A program made the translations under genes and the position numbers. From an uncultured Prevotellaceae bacterium (GTDB lineage: Bacteria; Bacteroidota; Bacteroidia; Bacteroidales; Bacteroidaceae): a DNA stretch of 64,000 bases. Positions 1 through 7,267 of this stretch are shown here, one piece after another. The stretch is from contig CADBBP010000001.1 of assembly GCA_902792855.1 (NCBI GenBank), forward strand, positions 24,784 through 88,783, in the 5' to 3' direction. Positions within the stretch are counted from its first letter, which is position 1, and the number at the start of each line of letters is the position of its first letter. Below the pieces are notes generated by a model, which made no database searches, was not told where the DNA came from, and saw only the letters and a list, made by a program, of their open reading frames with translations.

Positions 1-1
1 A

Positions 2-265
2 AACATACCCATTGACTACCAAACGGCACTCATGGCTGAGGAACTCAACATGAATGTCACCACCTGCGCACTCAACGGAGGCGAGGACTACGAACTGCTG
101 TTCACCGTGAGCATCGGCGATTATGAAAAGGTGGAACGAATGGAAGGGGTACGTCTCGTGGGCCACATCACTGACAAAAGTCTGGGGCGCATGCTTGTCA
201 CTACAGATGGGACAGAGTTGGAACTGAAAGCCCAAGGCTGGAACCCCCTGGGAAAAGAACAATGA
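2..265 (+). CDS. thiL: thiamine-monophosphate kinase, C-terminal part (5' end lies outside the window)
   Basis: The frame is open from the window edge. The motif NGGEDYELLFTV and the overall C-terminal layout are typical of the ThiL/AIR-synthase-related C-terminal domain. Confidence 0.55.
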   Translation, partial: NIPIDYQTALMAEELNMNVTTCALNGGEDYELLFTVSIGDYEKVERMEGVRLVGHITDKSLGRMLVTTDGTELELKAQGWNPLGKEQ

Positions 266-300
266 CATTTCTTTTATATTCACCTTAAATACTAAAAAAA

Positions 301-1710
301 ATGAAACAAAAATCATTACTACTCATCGTGGCATTGTTTGCCATGCAAGGAATGTGGGCGGAACACCCCATCGTTCAGTACTCACTCGACCCACAAATTG
401 TGGAGCATCGAAACCTCAATGGGCTTCAGGGCTACCTCAACGGGCTGGTTAACATCAATTTCGACCAACTTGTGTTTGAATACACAAGCCTTGCACCCGA
501 CCAGAAGTCAACGGTGCGCCTCACGGCATCCATCAACATGCCTGGAGCAGTGTACAACAAGACATCCAAGGCCCGCGCACTGGTCCTCTACAACCAGTAC
601 ACCACCTGCAAGAAGCGTGAACGCATTTCGCAAGACAATTACGATGACGCATCACTCTTGTTCAACAAGTTTGAAAGATTTATCTCCATCTCTCCCGACT
701 TGTATGGATGGACGCTCACCGAAGACAAACCACAGACCTACTGCTGCCCGGAGATTCTTGCCATAGAAACCGTTGATGCATGGGATGCCGCCATGATACT
801 CCTCGAGCAGGAGGGCTATGATTTCAAAGACCTGCCTGCCTTTAATGTTGGTTATTCCTCGGGAGGATACCATGCCATGGCCGTTCAGAAATACGTGGAT
901 GAGAAACGTCCCGACATCTTCTTCACTGCCACAAGCACAGGCGGAGCTCCTTACGACTTCACCACCGTCCTTGAAACCTACGTGAAAACCAACTTCACCG
1001 GCTACCAATGCGCACTACCGCTGGTCATCGTAGCCTACAACGAAACATACAACCTTGGCTTGGATTACAAGGACATCTTCCTCCCACCTTTGTGCGACAA
1101 GATTGATGAATGGATCCTTTCCAAGGACTACACCTCATGGGGCATCAACGACCTCATCGGACTGGACACCAAAATTGACCAAATGCTCACACCTGCAGCC
1201 CTCGACTACACAAGGGGCATAGGAAAGAAAATATATGACATATTCCGCGACAAAGCCCTCTGCGGCCCCTGGGCCAAATGGCAACCCAACACCGACACGA
1301 AGCATTTCATCCTCCACAGCAAAGACGACCTTTACATACACTATCATGTAGGATGGGAGATGGCCAACTACTTGGAGGCTCACGGCTGCGATGTGAAGAC
1401 AGATTTCAGCAACTGGGATAACCATGTGACATGGGGCATGGTTGTTTGGTACGTCAGAACCATCCTCTTCATAGAGAATTGCATCGCCGACGGCAACGCC
1501 AGCTACTTTGTGGATTTGCTGGAGAACAACCCGAATGCCATTCCCGACCTCTACAAGAAGATCAACCGCAACCCCAATATCAACTTGAACGAAGAAGACG
1601 TCCCCGCCATCTCTCTCACAACCGACAAGAAAGCCGACCTGAACTCAGACGGCGAAGTGAACGTCACCGATGTCATGCTGATGATCGACCAAATCATGGG
1701 CAAGGAATAA
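301..1710 (+). CDS. secreted alpha/beta-hydrolase, secretory-lipase (LIP)-like, with a C-terminal dockerin-type Ca-binding repeat
   Basis: Signal peptide MKQKSLLLIVALFAMQGMWA. Nucleophile elbow GYSSGG. By eye it is a paralogue of the 61138..62781 product (shared LTPAA.Y and HF.L/FHS.DD/GD motifs). The C-terminal tail is DLNSDGEVNVTDVMLMIDQI. Confidence 0.6.
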   Translation: MKQKSLLLIVALFAMQGMWAEHPIVQYSLDPQIVEHRNLNGLQGYLNGLVNINFDQLVFEYTSLAPDQKSTVRLTASINMPGAVYNKTSKARALVLYNQYTTCKKRERISQDNYDDASLLFNKFERFISISPDLYGWTLTEDKPQTYCCPEILAIETVDAWDAAMILLEQEGYDFKDLPAFNVGYSSGGYHAMAVQKYVDEKRPDIFFTATSTGGAPYDFTTVLETYVKTNFTGYQCALPLVIVAYNETYNLGLDYKDIFLPPLCDKIDEWILSKDYTSWGINDLIGLDTKIDQMLTPAALDYTRGIGKKIYDIFRDKALCGPWAKWQPNTDTKHFILHSKDDLYIHYHVGWEMANYLEAHGCDVKTDFSNWDNHVTWGMVVWYVRTILFIENCIADGNASYFVDLLENNPNAIPDLYKKINRNPNINLNEEDVPAISLTTDKKADLNSDGEVNVTDVMLMIDQIMGKE

Positions 1711-1716
1711 CAACAA

Positions 1717-1788
1717 GGACTTTAAGGTCTCTAAGGACTTTAGAGACCTTAAAGACCTTAAAGACCTTAAAGATCCTAAGGACCCTAA
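1717..1788. repeat. tandem array of 8 units with a 9-bp period (consensus AGACCTTAA)
   Basis: The units are ggactttaa ggtctctaa ggactttag agaccttaa agaccttaa agaccttaa agatcctaa ggaccctaa. The array starts 6 nt after the stop codon at 1708-1710, and the TAA/TAG of every unit is in frame with that CDS. Confidence 0.9.
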
Positions 1789-1794
1789 AAAAAC

Positions 1795-1826
1795 AAGGTG
1801 TGACGGCTATGCCGCCACACCTTTTA
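1795..1826. terminator. hairpin between convergent genes, a likely bidirectional intrinsic terminator
   Basis: The sequence aaggtgtg-a-cggc-tat-gccg-c-cacacctt is followed by ttt. It lies between 301..1710(+) and 1866..2645(-). Confidence 0.55.
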
Positions 1827-1865
1827 CTTTGCAAGGATGCGAGTGAATATTAAAGATGATGACTG

Positions 1866-2645
1866 TTACTTGACAAGTACCTTTTGGCCATTGACAACAT
1901 AGATGCCCGGCTGCAGTTTGCTCATTTCCTTGGCGCTCATGCCCTTGGCAACGCGCATGCCAGAAAGATTGTAAACGTCCATCTTCTCCTTTGAAGATGC
2001 GATGGCTGCGATGCTGGTCACCTCGTTGGCACCCATGTGAATGGTGTTGAGCTGGATGTCGTTTCCAGACTCGACCTTGATGTAGCAACGTGAGGCATAG
2101 AAGCCACTCTTTGTGTTGTCAACAGCTACGAAACGAGCCTCGGAGTTGTCGGCAGCAAGGATGCCATAGAGACCCTCGCCCGGCACATGCTGGCGAGCAC
2201 CTGCCATGGTCACTGTCTCGACATTGCCTTTGGCCATGAGGGTGATGGCAGCCTCAGCGTCGGTGACGACAGCTGTCTTTGCGATGCGCTTGTTGCCTGT
2301 CTCTCCCGTGAAATGGATGATGTAAGGAGTGTTGGCTTCAATGCCAGCGGCCTTGCAGTCTTGGAAATAGAGGTTTATGGCAGAGCCGTTGTTGTCCACT
2401 GCAACAAGTTTCTCCAATAAGCAGTCGGCACCAAAAACATCGTTCACCTCACTCTCGGTAAGAGCGAAAGGCAGTGCGATGGTGTTCCATCCATTAAACA
2501 TATAGCGGTTGACAACGACATTGCATTCCTGGCCGTCGAAGCGTGAGAGGTTCGTACCGTTGTAGGTGCTGATGTTGAGCGTTTGCTGTGCACTTGCAGC
2601 GAGGCTCATGATAGCCATGGCTGCGATAAGGTAAATCTTCTTCAT
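1866..2645 (-). CDS. T9SS-sorted surface protein made only of the WNT-x-x-LPF domain plus a CTD
   Basis: Signal peptide MKKIYLIAAMAIMSLAASAQ. It has NGWNTIALPF and the C-terminal DVYNLSGMRV...PGIYVVNGQKVLVK type-A sorting-domain signature. The domain is shared with the C-termini of 26382..28073 and 56489..61084. Confidence 0.7.
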   Translation of the reverse strand: MKKIYLIAAMAIMSLAASAQQTLNISTYNGTNLSRFDGQECNVVVNRYMFNGWNTIALPFALTESEVNDVFGADCLLEKLVAVDNNGSAINLYFQDCKAAGIEANTPYIIHFTGETGNKRIAKTAVVTDAEAAITLMAKGNVETVTMAGARQHVPGEGLYGILAADNSEARFVAVDNTKSGFYASRCYIKVESGNDIQLNTIHMGANEVTSIAAIASSKEKMDVYNLSGMRVAKGMSAKEMSKLQPGIYVVNGQKVLVK

Positions 2646-2697
2646 AACTATATAGTTTTGGTTAATAATACAAGATAAATCGATGTTATTGATGATG

Positions 2698-2705
2698 CAA
2701 AGATA
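2698..2705 (-). promoter_or_regulatory. Bacteroidota -7 promoter box (TATCTTTG)
   Basis: Exact TAnnTTTG match on the minus strand, 53 nt upstream of the start at 2645. Confidence 0.4.
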
Positions 2706-2870
2706 ATAAATTAAGATAAAAGGCCAAAGAAAAACTCACTTTTTTTATTTATTCATAACGATTTGCACATTTTTTCACAAAAGTAGTGACAAACTACACT
2801 TTTTTCTACTTTAGAAACCTCACCCACCAATTAAAAAGGCGAAAATCTTTCTTGTACCAAACAAAATTCG

Positions 2871-2878
2871 TATCTTTG
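2871..2878 (+). promoter_or_regulatory. Bacteroidota -7 promoter box (TATCTTTG)
   Basis: Exact TAnnTTTG match 26 nt upstream of the ATG at 2904. Confidence 0.4.
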
Positions 2879-2903
2879 TCAGCAAAACCTAACACTCGTG
2901 ATT

Positions 2904-3929
2904 ATGTACAAGCTTTTACTTACTTTGGCTGCTGCTACCATTTGCCAAATGGCCGCAGCACAAGGGCCGCGTCACCGCTATCAGCGCGAGGCTTTCACCA
3001 CCGACACCCCCATGGTACACGACCCCGTGATGGCCAAGGAGGGCGACACCTACCACATCTATGCCACAGGCATGGGCATCCAGCAAATGACCTCCAAGGA
3101 CCTCAAGACCTGGACGGTCCTCCCCACACCGGTGATGACCGTCATTCCCGGATGGACCACCGACTCGGTACCGGGCTTCAACAGCCATGTGTGGGCTCCC
3201 GACATCATTCGATGGCACGACCGTTGGTGGATGGCTTACAGCTGCTCCACTTTCGGAAAGAACGGCTCTGCCATCGGCCTGTTAAGCAGTCGCTCTCTCG
3301 ATGCCAACATCTGGAAGGACGAGGGCTGCATCGTCACCTCCCGTGAGAAGCGTGACAACTGGAATGCCATCGACCCCAATTTCGTCATCGACGAGGCCAC
3401 CGACACCCCATGGCTCGTATGGGGCTCTTTCTGGGACGGCATTCAACTGGCTCGTCTCGACACCACGATGCACATCGCCAAGGGCGAGAAGCCACGCACC
3501 ATCGCACGCCGCTACGACCCCAATTACAAGCCATCGGAACCCAATCCCACATCCAAATACGCGGGAACCAACGCCATCGAGGCGCCTTTCATCTTCAAGC
3601 ACGGTGGATATTACTACCTCTTCGTATCATGGGACTATTGCTGCCGGGGAGCAAAAAGCAACTACCGAGTGGCAGTGGGCCGCAGCAAGAATGTGGAGGG
3701 GCCTTACCTTGACCGCAAGGGCGTCAATATGGCCAATGGGGGTGGCGACCTCTTCATAGAAGGCGACAAGAAAGAATGGGAGGCCGCCGGTCATTGCGCC
3801 GCCTACAACATCGACGGTGAAGACATCTTCATCTGCCACGGCTACAGTGCCACACGCAACGGAGCCGCCATGCTCATCCTACGCAACATCGCCTGGACTA
3901 CCGATGGATGGCCGGAACTAAAACCATAA
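2904..3929 (+). CDS. GH43 endo-alpha-1,5-L-arabinanase-like glycoside hydrolase
   Basis: Signal peptide MYKLLLTLAAATICQMAAAQ. Motifs VHDPVMAKEGDTYHIYATG, WAPDI and NAIEAPFIFKHGGYYYLFVSWDYCC are typical of the GH43 five-bladed propeller. I prefer the ATG at 2904 over the GTG at 2898. Confidence 0.8.
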   Translation: MYKLLLTLAAATICQMAAAQGPRHRYQREAFTTDTPMVHDPVMAKEGDTYHIYATGMGIQQMTSKDLKTWTVLPTPVMTVIPGWTTDSVPGFNSHVWAPDIIRWHDRWWMAYSCSTFGKNGSAIGLLSSRSLDANIWKDEGCIVTSREKRDNWNAIDPNFVIDEATDTPWLVWGSFWDGIQLARLDTTMHIAKGEKPRTIARRYDPNYKPSEPNPTSKYAGTNAIEAPFIFKHGGYYYLFVSWDYCCRGAKSNYRVAVGRSKNVEGPYLDRKGVNMANGGGDLFIEGDKKEWEAAGHCAAYNIDGEDIFICHGYSATRNGAAMLILRNIAWTTDGWPELKP

Positions 3930-4087
3930 TCCTTTTCCATGGTACAGAAATAATGCCGCTACCCTCCTCATTCGGATGGTACCGGCATTACATATATAAA
4001 TAAGGTGTAGCCTTAGCCTTGCCTCGTAAAACAGGGACACGAAAAAACCCGGCTCCTTGCGGAATACCGGGCTGATGAAAGGAGGAG

Positions 4088-4160
4088 TGGTACCTCCAGG
4101 AATCGAACCGGGGACACACGGATTTTCAGTCCGATGCTCTACCAACTGAGCTAAGGCACC
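4088..4160 (-). tRNA. tRNA-Phe (anticodon GAA)
   Basis: The reverse complement reads GGTGCCTTAGCTCAGTTGGTAGAGCATCGGACTGAAAATCCGTGTGTCCCCGGTTCGATTCCTGGAGGTACCA. It has a 7-bp acceptor stem, the anticodon loop CTGAAAA and the T-loop GGTTCGATTCC. CCA is not encoded. Confidence 0.93.
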
Positions 4161-4180
4161 ATTTCTTTCGAATTGCGGTG

Positions 4181-4188
4181 CAAAGGTA
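4181..4188 (-). promoter_or_regulatory. Bacteroidota -7 promoter box (TACCTTTG) for tRNA-Phe
   Basis: Exact TAnnTTTG match on the minus strand, 21 nt upstream of the mature tRNA 5' end. Confidence 0.45.
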
Positions 4189-4362
4189 AGCATATTTCTC
4201 CAAACACCATCCAAAAGGAAAAGAAAAATGCAAATAGTTAACTTTTATTAACAATAAAGACGCATTCCAATCCATTATCCATATCAAATGACGCATTTAT
4301 ACGCGCATTTTATCGTTTTTGCAAGTTTTCCTTTGGCTTTCTCTGGCCAGCGACCACGAGGC

Positions 4363-4434
4363 ACTATAGACACTATAGACACTATTAATACTATAGAAAC
4401 TATAAACACTACATGCACTATATCCACCATAAAA
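4363..4434. repeat. tandem array of 8 units with a 9-bp period (consensus CACTATAGA)
   Basis: The units are cactataga cactataga cactattaa tactataga aactataaa cactacatg cactatatc caccataaa. The array lies in the divergent intergenic region between tRNA-Phe(-) and the porin gene(+). Confidence 0.85.
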
Positions 4435-4523
4435 AGCGACAAGCATCTCGATACAAAATAATCAAAATGTCATATTTATGCTCAAAAAAGCGACATTTTT
4501 CTTTGTGTTTGCGAAAAAATCAG

Positions 4524-4531
4524 TAATTTTG
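4524..4531 (+). promoter_or_regulatory. Bacteroidota -7 promoter box (TAATTTTG)
   Basis: Exact TAnnTTTG match 67 nt upstream of the ATG at 4598. Confidence 0.4.
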
Positions 4532-4597
4532 CAAGCGAAAATTTTTAATTAAGAATAATTTAATATGTAGAACAAGATTATAAAAATTTTCACAACA

Positions 4598-5644
4598 ATG
4601 AGGAAACAATCATTCAAGAGTTCCTCACTGGCCGTAGCCTTGGCTGTTTTCAGCTCGGTGGCGGCCATGGGGCAACGTAGTGATGGCCAGTCTATTGATT
4701 GGCTCAAAGAACTGACGAACCGCATAGAGGTTCACGGTTACGCTCAAGGCGGTTATTCTTACGACGACAACCACAAACAGACGAACAGCACTTTCAATCT
4801 GAAGCGCACACTGTTCTGGGCGAAAGCTCGTGTCACCGACCGTTTCTCCTTCCTGTTCATGCACGACTTTTCGAGTGTCGTTCAGGAATATTATTTGGAC
4901 TACCGTTTCTCCAATGACAAATCGCTCAATGTGCGGTTGGGGCAGTTCAAGCACAGTTACAGTATGGAGAACCCTTTGTCTCCCACCATGCTTGAACTCA
5001 TTGATGTCTATTCCCAGGCCGTGCTCTTCCTTGCCGGCGAAGGCCCCGACCCTCTCAATGGGGTCAACTATGGCCGCGACCTTGGCATGATGGTCTATGG
5101 AGACCTTTTCAACAACAAGATACATTATGAGTTGGCCCTGATGAACGGCCAGGGCATCAACCGCAAAGACCTGAACAGCGACAAGGACTTGATTGTACAC
5201 TTGGAATACAAGCCAACAGAACATTTCCGCGTTGTAGGCACGGCCCAGAAGGGTCGCGGCCATGCCGTCGGCACTGCCGCTTGGAACCCTGGCGTGAAGC
5301 AAGGCGACAACTACCGTCGCGACCGTGTGAGCCTTGGCGCCGAGTGGAAGAGCAAGGAGTTGAACGTCCGTGCCGAATACCTTGGCGGCAAAGACGGCGA
5401 CGTGGACAGCTATGGCGGCTATGTCACAGCGAGCGTTCCCATCGCCGACGGCCTCGACATCGTGGCCTCTGCGGATTACTACGACCGCAACACCGACATG
5501 GACTACTACCAGACCAACCTCACCGGCGGCATTCAGTATTGGTTCTACAAGAAATGCCGCCTTCAGTTGCAGTACACCCGCTGCCTGAGCCATTTTTCCG
5601 ACGATTACAACTGGCTTCAAGCACAAGTGCAAGTGGCCTTCTAA
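4598..5644 (+). CDS. outer-membrane beta-barrel porin (OprO/P-like)
   Basis: It has a signal peptide, alternating beta-strand-like sequence and a C-terminal aromatic residue (QVQVAF). The segments HGYAQGGYSYDD and RLGQFKHSYSMEN resemble the phosphate-selective porin O/P family. Confidence 0.55.
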   Translation: MRKQSFKSSSLAVALAVFSSVAAMGQRSDGQSIDWLKELTNRIEVHGYAQGGYSYDDNHKQTNSTFNLKRTLFWAKARVTDRFSFLFMHDFSSVVQEYYLDYRFSNDKSLNVRLGQFKHSYSMENPLSPTMLELIDVYSQAVLFLAGEGPDPLNGVNYGRDLGMMVYGDLFNNKIHYELALMNGQGINRKDLNSDKDLIVHLEYKPTEHFRVVGTAQKGRGHAVGTAAWNPGVKQGDNYRRDRVSLGAEWKSKELNVRAEYLGGKDGDVDSYGGYVTASVPIADGLDIVASADYYDRNTDMDYYQTNLTGGIQYWFYKKCRLQLQYTRCLSHFSDDYNWLQAQVQVAF

Positions 5645-5665
5645 CAAGCATAACACCATAAACAA

Positions 5666-7192
5666 ATGATCATAAAAGTACTTCTCACCGTCATTTTCCT
5701 GGCCGTGCTCATCGGCGTGGGTGTCTATTCCCGCAAACAGGCCAGGACCGTAGAAGGTTTCGTGCTTGGCGGCCGCGCCGTGGGTCCCTGGCTCACCGCC
5801 TTCGCCTTTGGCACCAGTTATTTCTCCGCCGTCGTCTTCGTGGGCTACGCCGGGCAGTTTGGTTGGAAATACGGCCTTTCCGCCTCATGGATTGGAGTGG
5901 GCAACGCCGTCATCGGCTCACTTTTGGCATGGATACTCTTAGGCCGCCGCACCAAGTTGATGACCCAGCACATCGAGAGCCGCACGATGCCCGACTTCTT
6001 CGGAACACGCTATCATAGCGAGTGGCTGCGGGTGACGGCTTCCATCATCGTCTTCGTCTTCCTCATCCCCTATACGGCAGGTGTTTACAAGGGCATTTCA
6101 ACCCTTTTCGAGATGGGCTTCGGCATTCCCTATGAGTATTGCGTGATTATCATGGCCATCCTTACCGCCATCTACGTCATCCTTGGCGGTTACAAGGCGA
6201 CGGCGATGAACGACTTTGTGCAGGGCGTGATCATGCTCGTGGGCATCGTGGTGGTGATAGCCGCCGTCCTCAACTCCAAGGGAGGGTTTTCTGTTGCCTT
6301 TGAGAAGATGGCTTCTCTGCCGTCCGACACCGACGCTTCGGTCAACGGCGGCTTCGCCTCACTCTTCGGCCCCGACCCATGGAACCTTCTCGGCGTGGTG
6401 GTGCTCACCTCGCTCGGCACGTGGGGACTTCCCCAGATGGTGGGCAAGTTCTATTCCATCACCGACGAGCAAGCCATTCACCGCGGCACGGTGATTTCCA
6501 CCATCTTCGCCTTCGTGGTGGCCGGCGGCTGCTATTTCCTCGGAGGGTTCGGCCGTCTGTTCGGCACACCGCCCACACTTCCCAATGGCCGTCTGGACTT
6601 CGACTCCATCGTCCCCTCGATGCTTGTCACGCTGCCCGACATTCTCATCGCCCTTGTGGTGCTGCTCGTGCTTTCCGCTTCGATGTCCACGCTGGCCTCG
6701 TTGGTGCTCACCTCTTCCTCCACGATGACGCTCGACTTGATTTACCGCGACAAGAAGTCCGCCCCCGGCGAGGTTGCCGAGGGAACCATCGACGACATTG
6801 TGTCGGAGAAGATTGAGCGTCGCAAGGTGGTTGTGATGCGTGTGCTCATCATGTTCTTCATCGCCATCTCGCTTCTCATCGCCCTCAACCCACCCACGTT
6901 CATCGCTCAGATGATGGGCATCTCATGGGGCGCATTGGCAGGGGCATTCCTGGCACCCTTCATGCTTGGTCTCTACTGGCGCGGTGTGACGACAGCCTCC
7001 GTGTGGGCCTGCTTCGTCTGGGGTGTCGGCCTCACCGTCATCAACATGCTCATAGGCAACCCCATCAACCCCATCAACTGCGGCGCCATTGCCATGGTTG
7101 GCGGCTTTGTGGTGGTGGCGTTCGTCAGCCTCTTCACCAAGAAGATGCCCGCCAAAGAAGTGGAAAATATTTTCGAGTGCTACAAGAAATAG
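5666..7192 (+). CDS. sodium:solute symporter family (SSF) transporter
   Basis: A 508-aa polytopic membrane protein. The GGR.VGPWLTAFAFGTSYFSA N-terminal motif and overall layout are typical of SSF (PanF/PutP-like). The substrate is unknown. Confidence 0.65.
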   Translation: MIIKVLLTVIFLAVLIGVGVYSRKQARTVEGFVLGGRAVGPWLTAFAFGTSYFSAVVFVGYAGQFGWKYGLSASWIGVGNAVIGSLLAWILLGRRTKLMTQHIESRTMPDFFGTRYHSEWLRVTASIIVFVFLIPYTAGVYKGISTLFEMGFGIPYEYCVIIMAILTAIYVILGGYKATAMNDFVQGVIMLVGIVVVIAAVLNSKGGFSVAFEKMASLPSDTDASVNGGFASLFGPDPWNLLGVVVLTSLGTWGLPQMVGKFYSITDEQAIHRGTVISTIFAFVVAGGCYFLGGFGRLFGTPPTLPNGRLDFDSIVPSMLVTLPDILIALVVLLVLSASMSTLASLVLTSSSTMTLDLIYRDKKSAPGEVAEGTIDDIVSEKIERRKVVVMRVLIMFFIAISLLIALNPPTFIAQMMGISWGALAGAFLAPFMLGLYWRGVTTASVWACFVWGVGLTVINMLIGNPINPINCGAIAMVGGFVVVAFVSLFTKKMPAKEVENIFECYKK

Positions 7193-7240
7193 GAACTTCG
7201 TTACTCAAAGATTATAGCAAGAGAGATTTAGTAGAACTGA

Positions 7241-7267
7241 AAAATCCCCCCGGCTGGGGGGATTTTT
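7241..7267. terminator. bidirectional intrinsic terminator
   Basis: An 11-bp stem, aaaatcccccc-ggct-ggggggatttt, has an A-run and a T-run on either side. It lies between convergent 5666..7192(+) and 7268..8671(-). Confidence 0.7.

Noticed and set aside
1431-1853. ORFs that translate the nonamer arrays as LKTLKTLK / SLRSLRSL peptides (1431..1853 plus strand, 13693..14010 minus strand).
   Set aside because: They overlap well-supported genes out of frame, and their repeat part is simply the 9-bp array read through. There is no start context or promoter.
2904-3929. The possibility that the GH43 genes (2904..3929 and 36354..38006) mark polysaccharide utilisation loci.
   Set aside because: No SusC/SusD-like pair, hybrid two-component sensor or ECF/anti-sigma pair lies adjacent to either gene within the window.
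3918-4214. A 98-aa minus-strand ORF.
   Set aside because: It is a translation across the tRNA-Phe gene and its flanks (…LAQLVEHRTENPCVPGSIPGG…). It is not a protein gene.
4417-4434. A DnaA-box-like sequence (atatccacc) in the CACTATAGA array, considered as a sign of a replication origin.
   Set aside because: It is a single 7-of-9 match. There is no cluster of boxes, no AT-rich unwinding element pattern and no dnaA/dnaN nearby.
4625-5665. A 346-aa ORF that is antisense to, and almost co-extensive with, the porin gene.
   Set aside because: Its translation is low-complexity and rich in Val/Ala/Gly/His, with no signal or motif. The plus-strand product is a clear beta-barrel porin. Long antisense ORFs are expected when sense codons end mostly in G/C.
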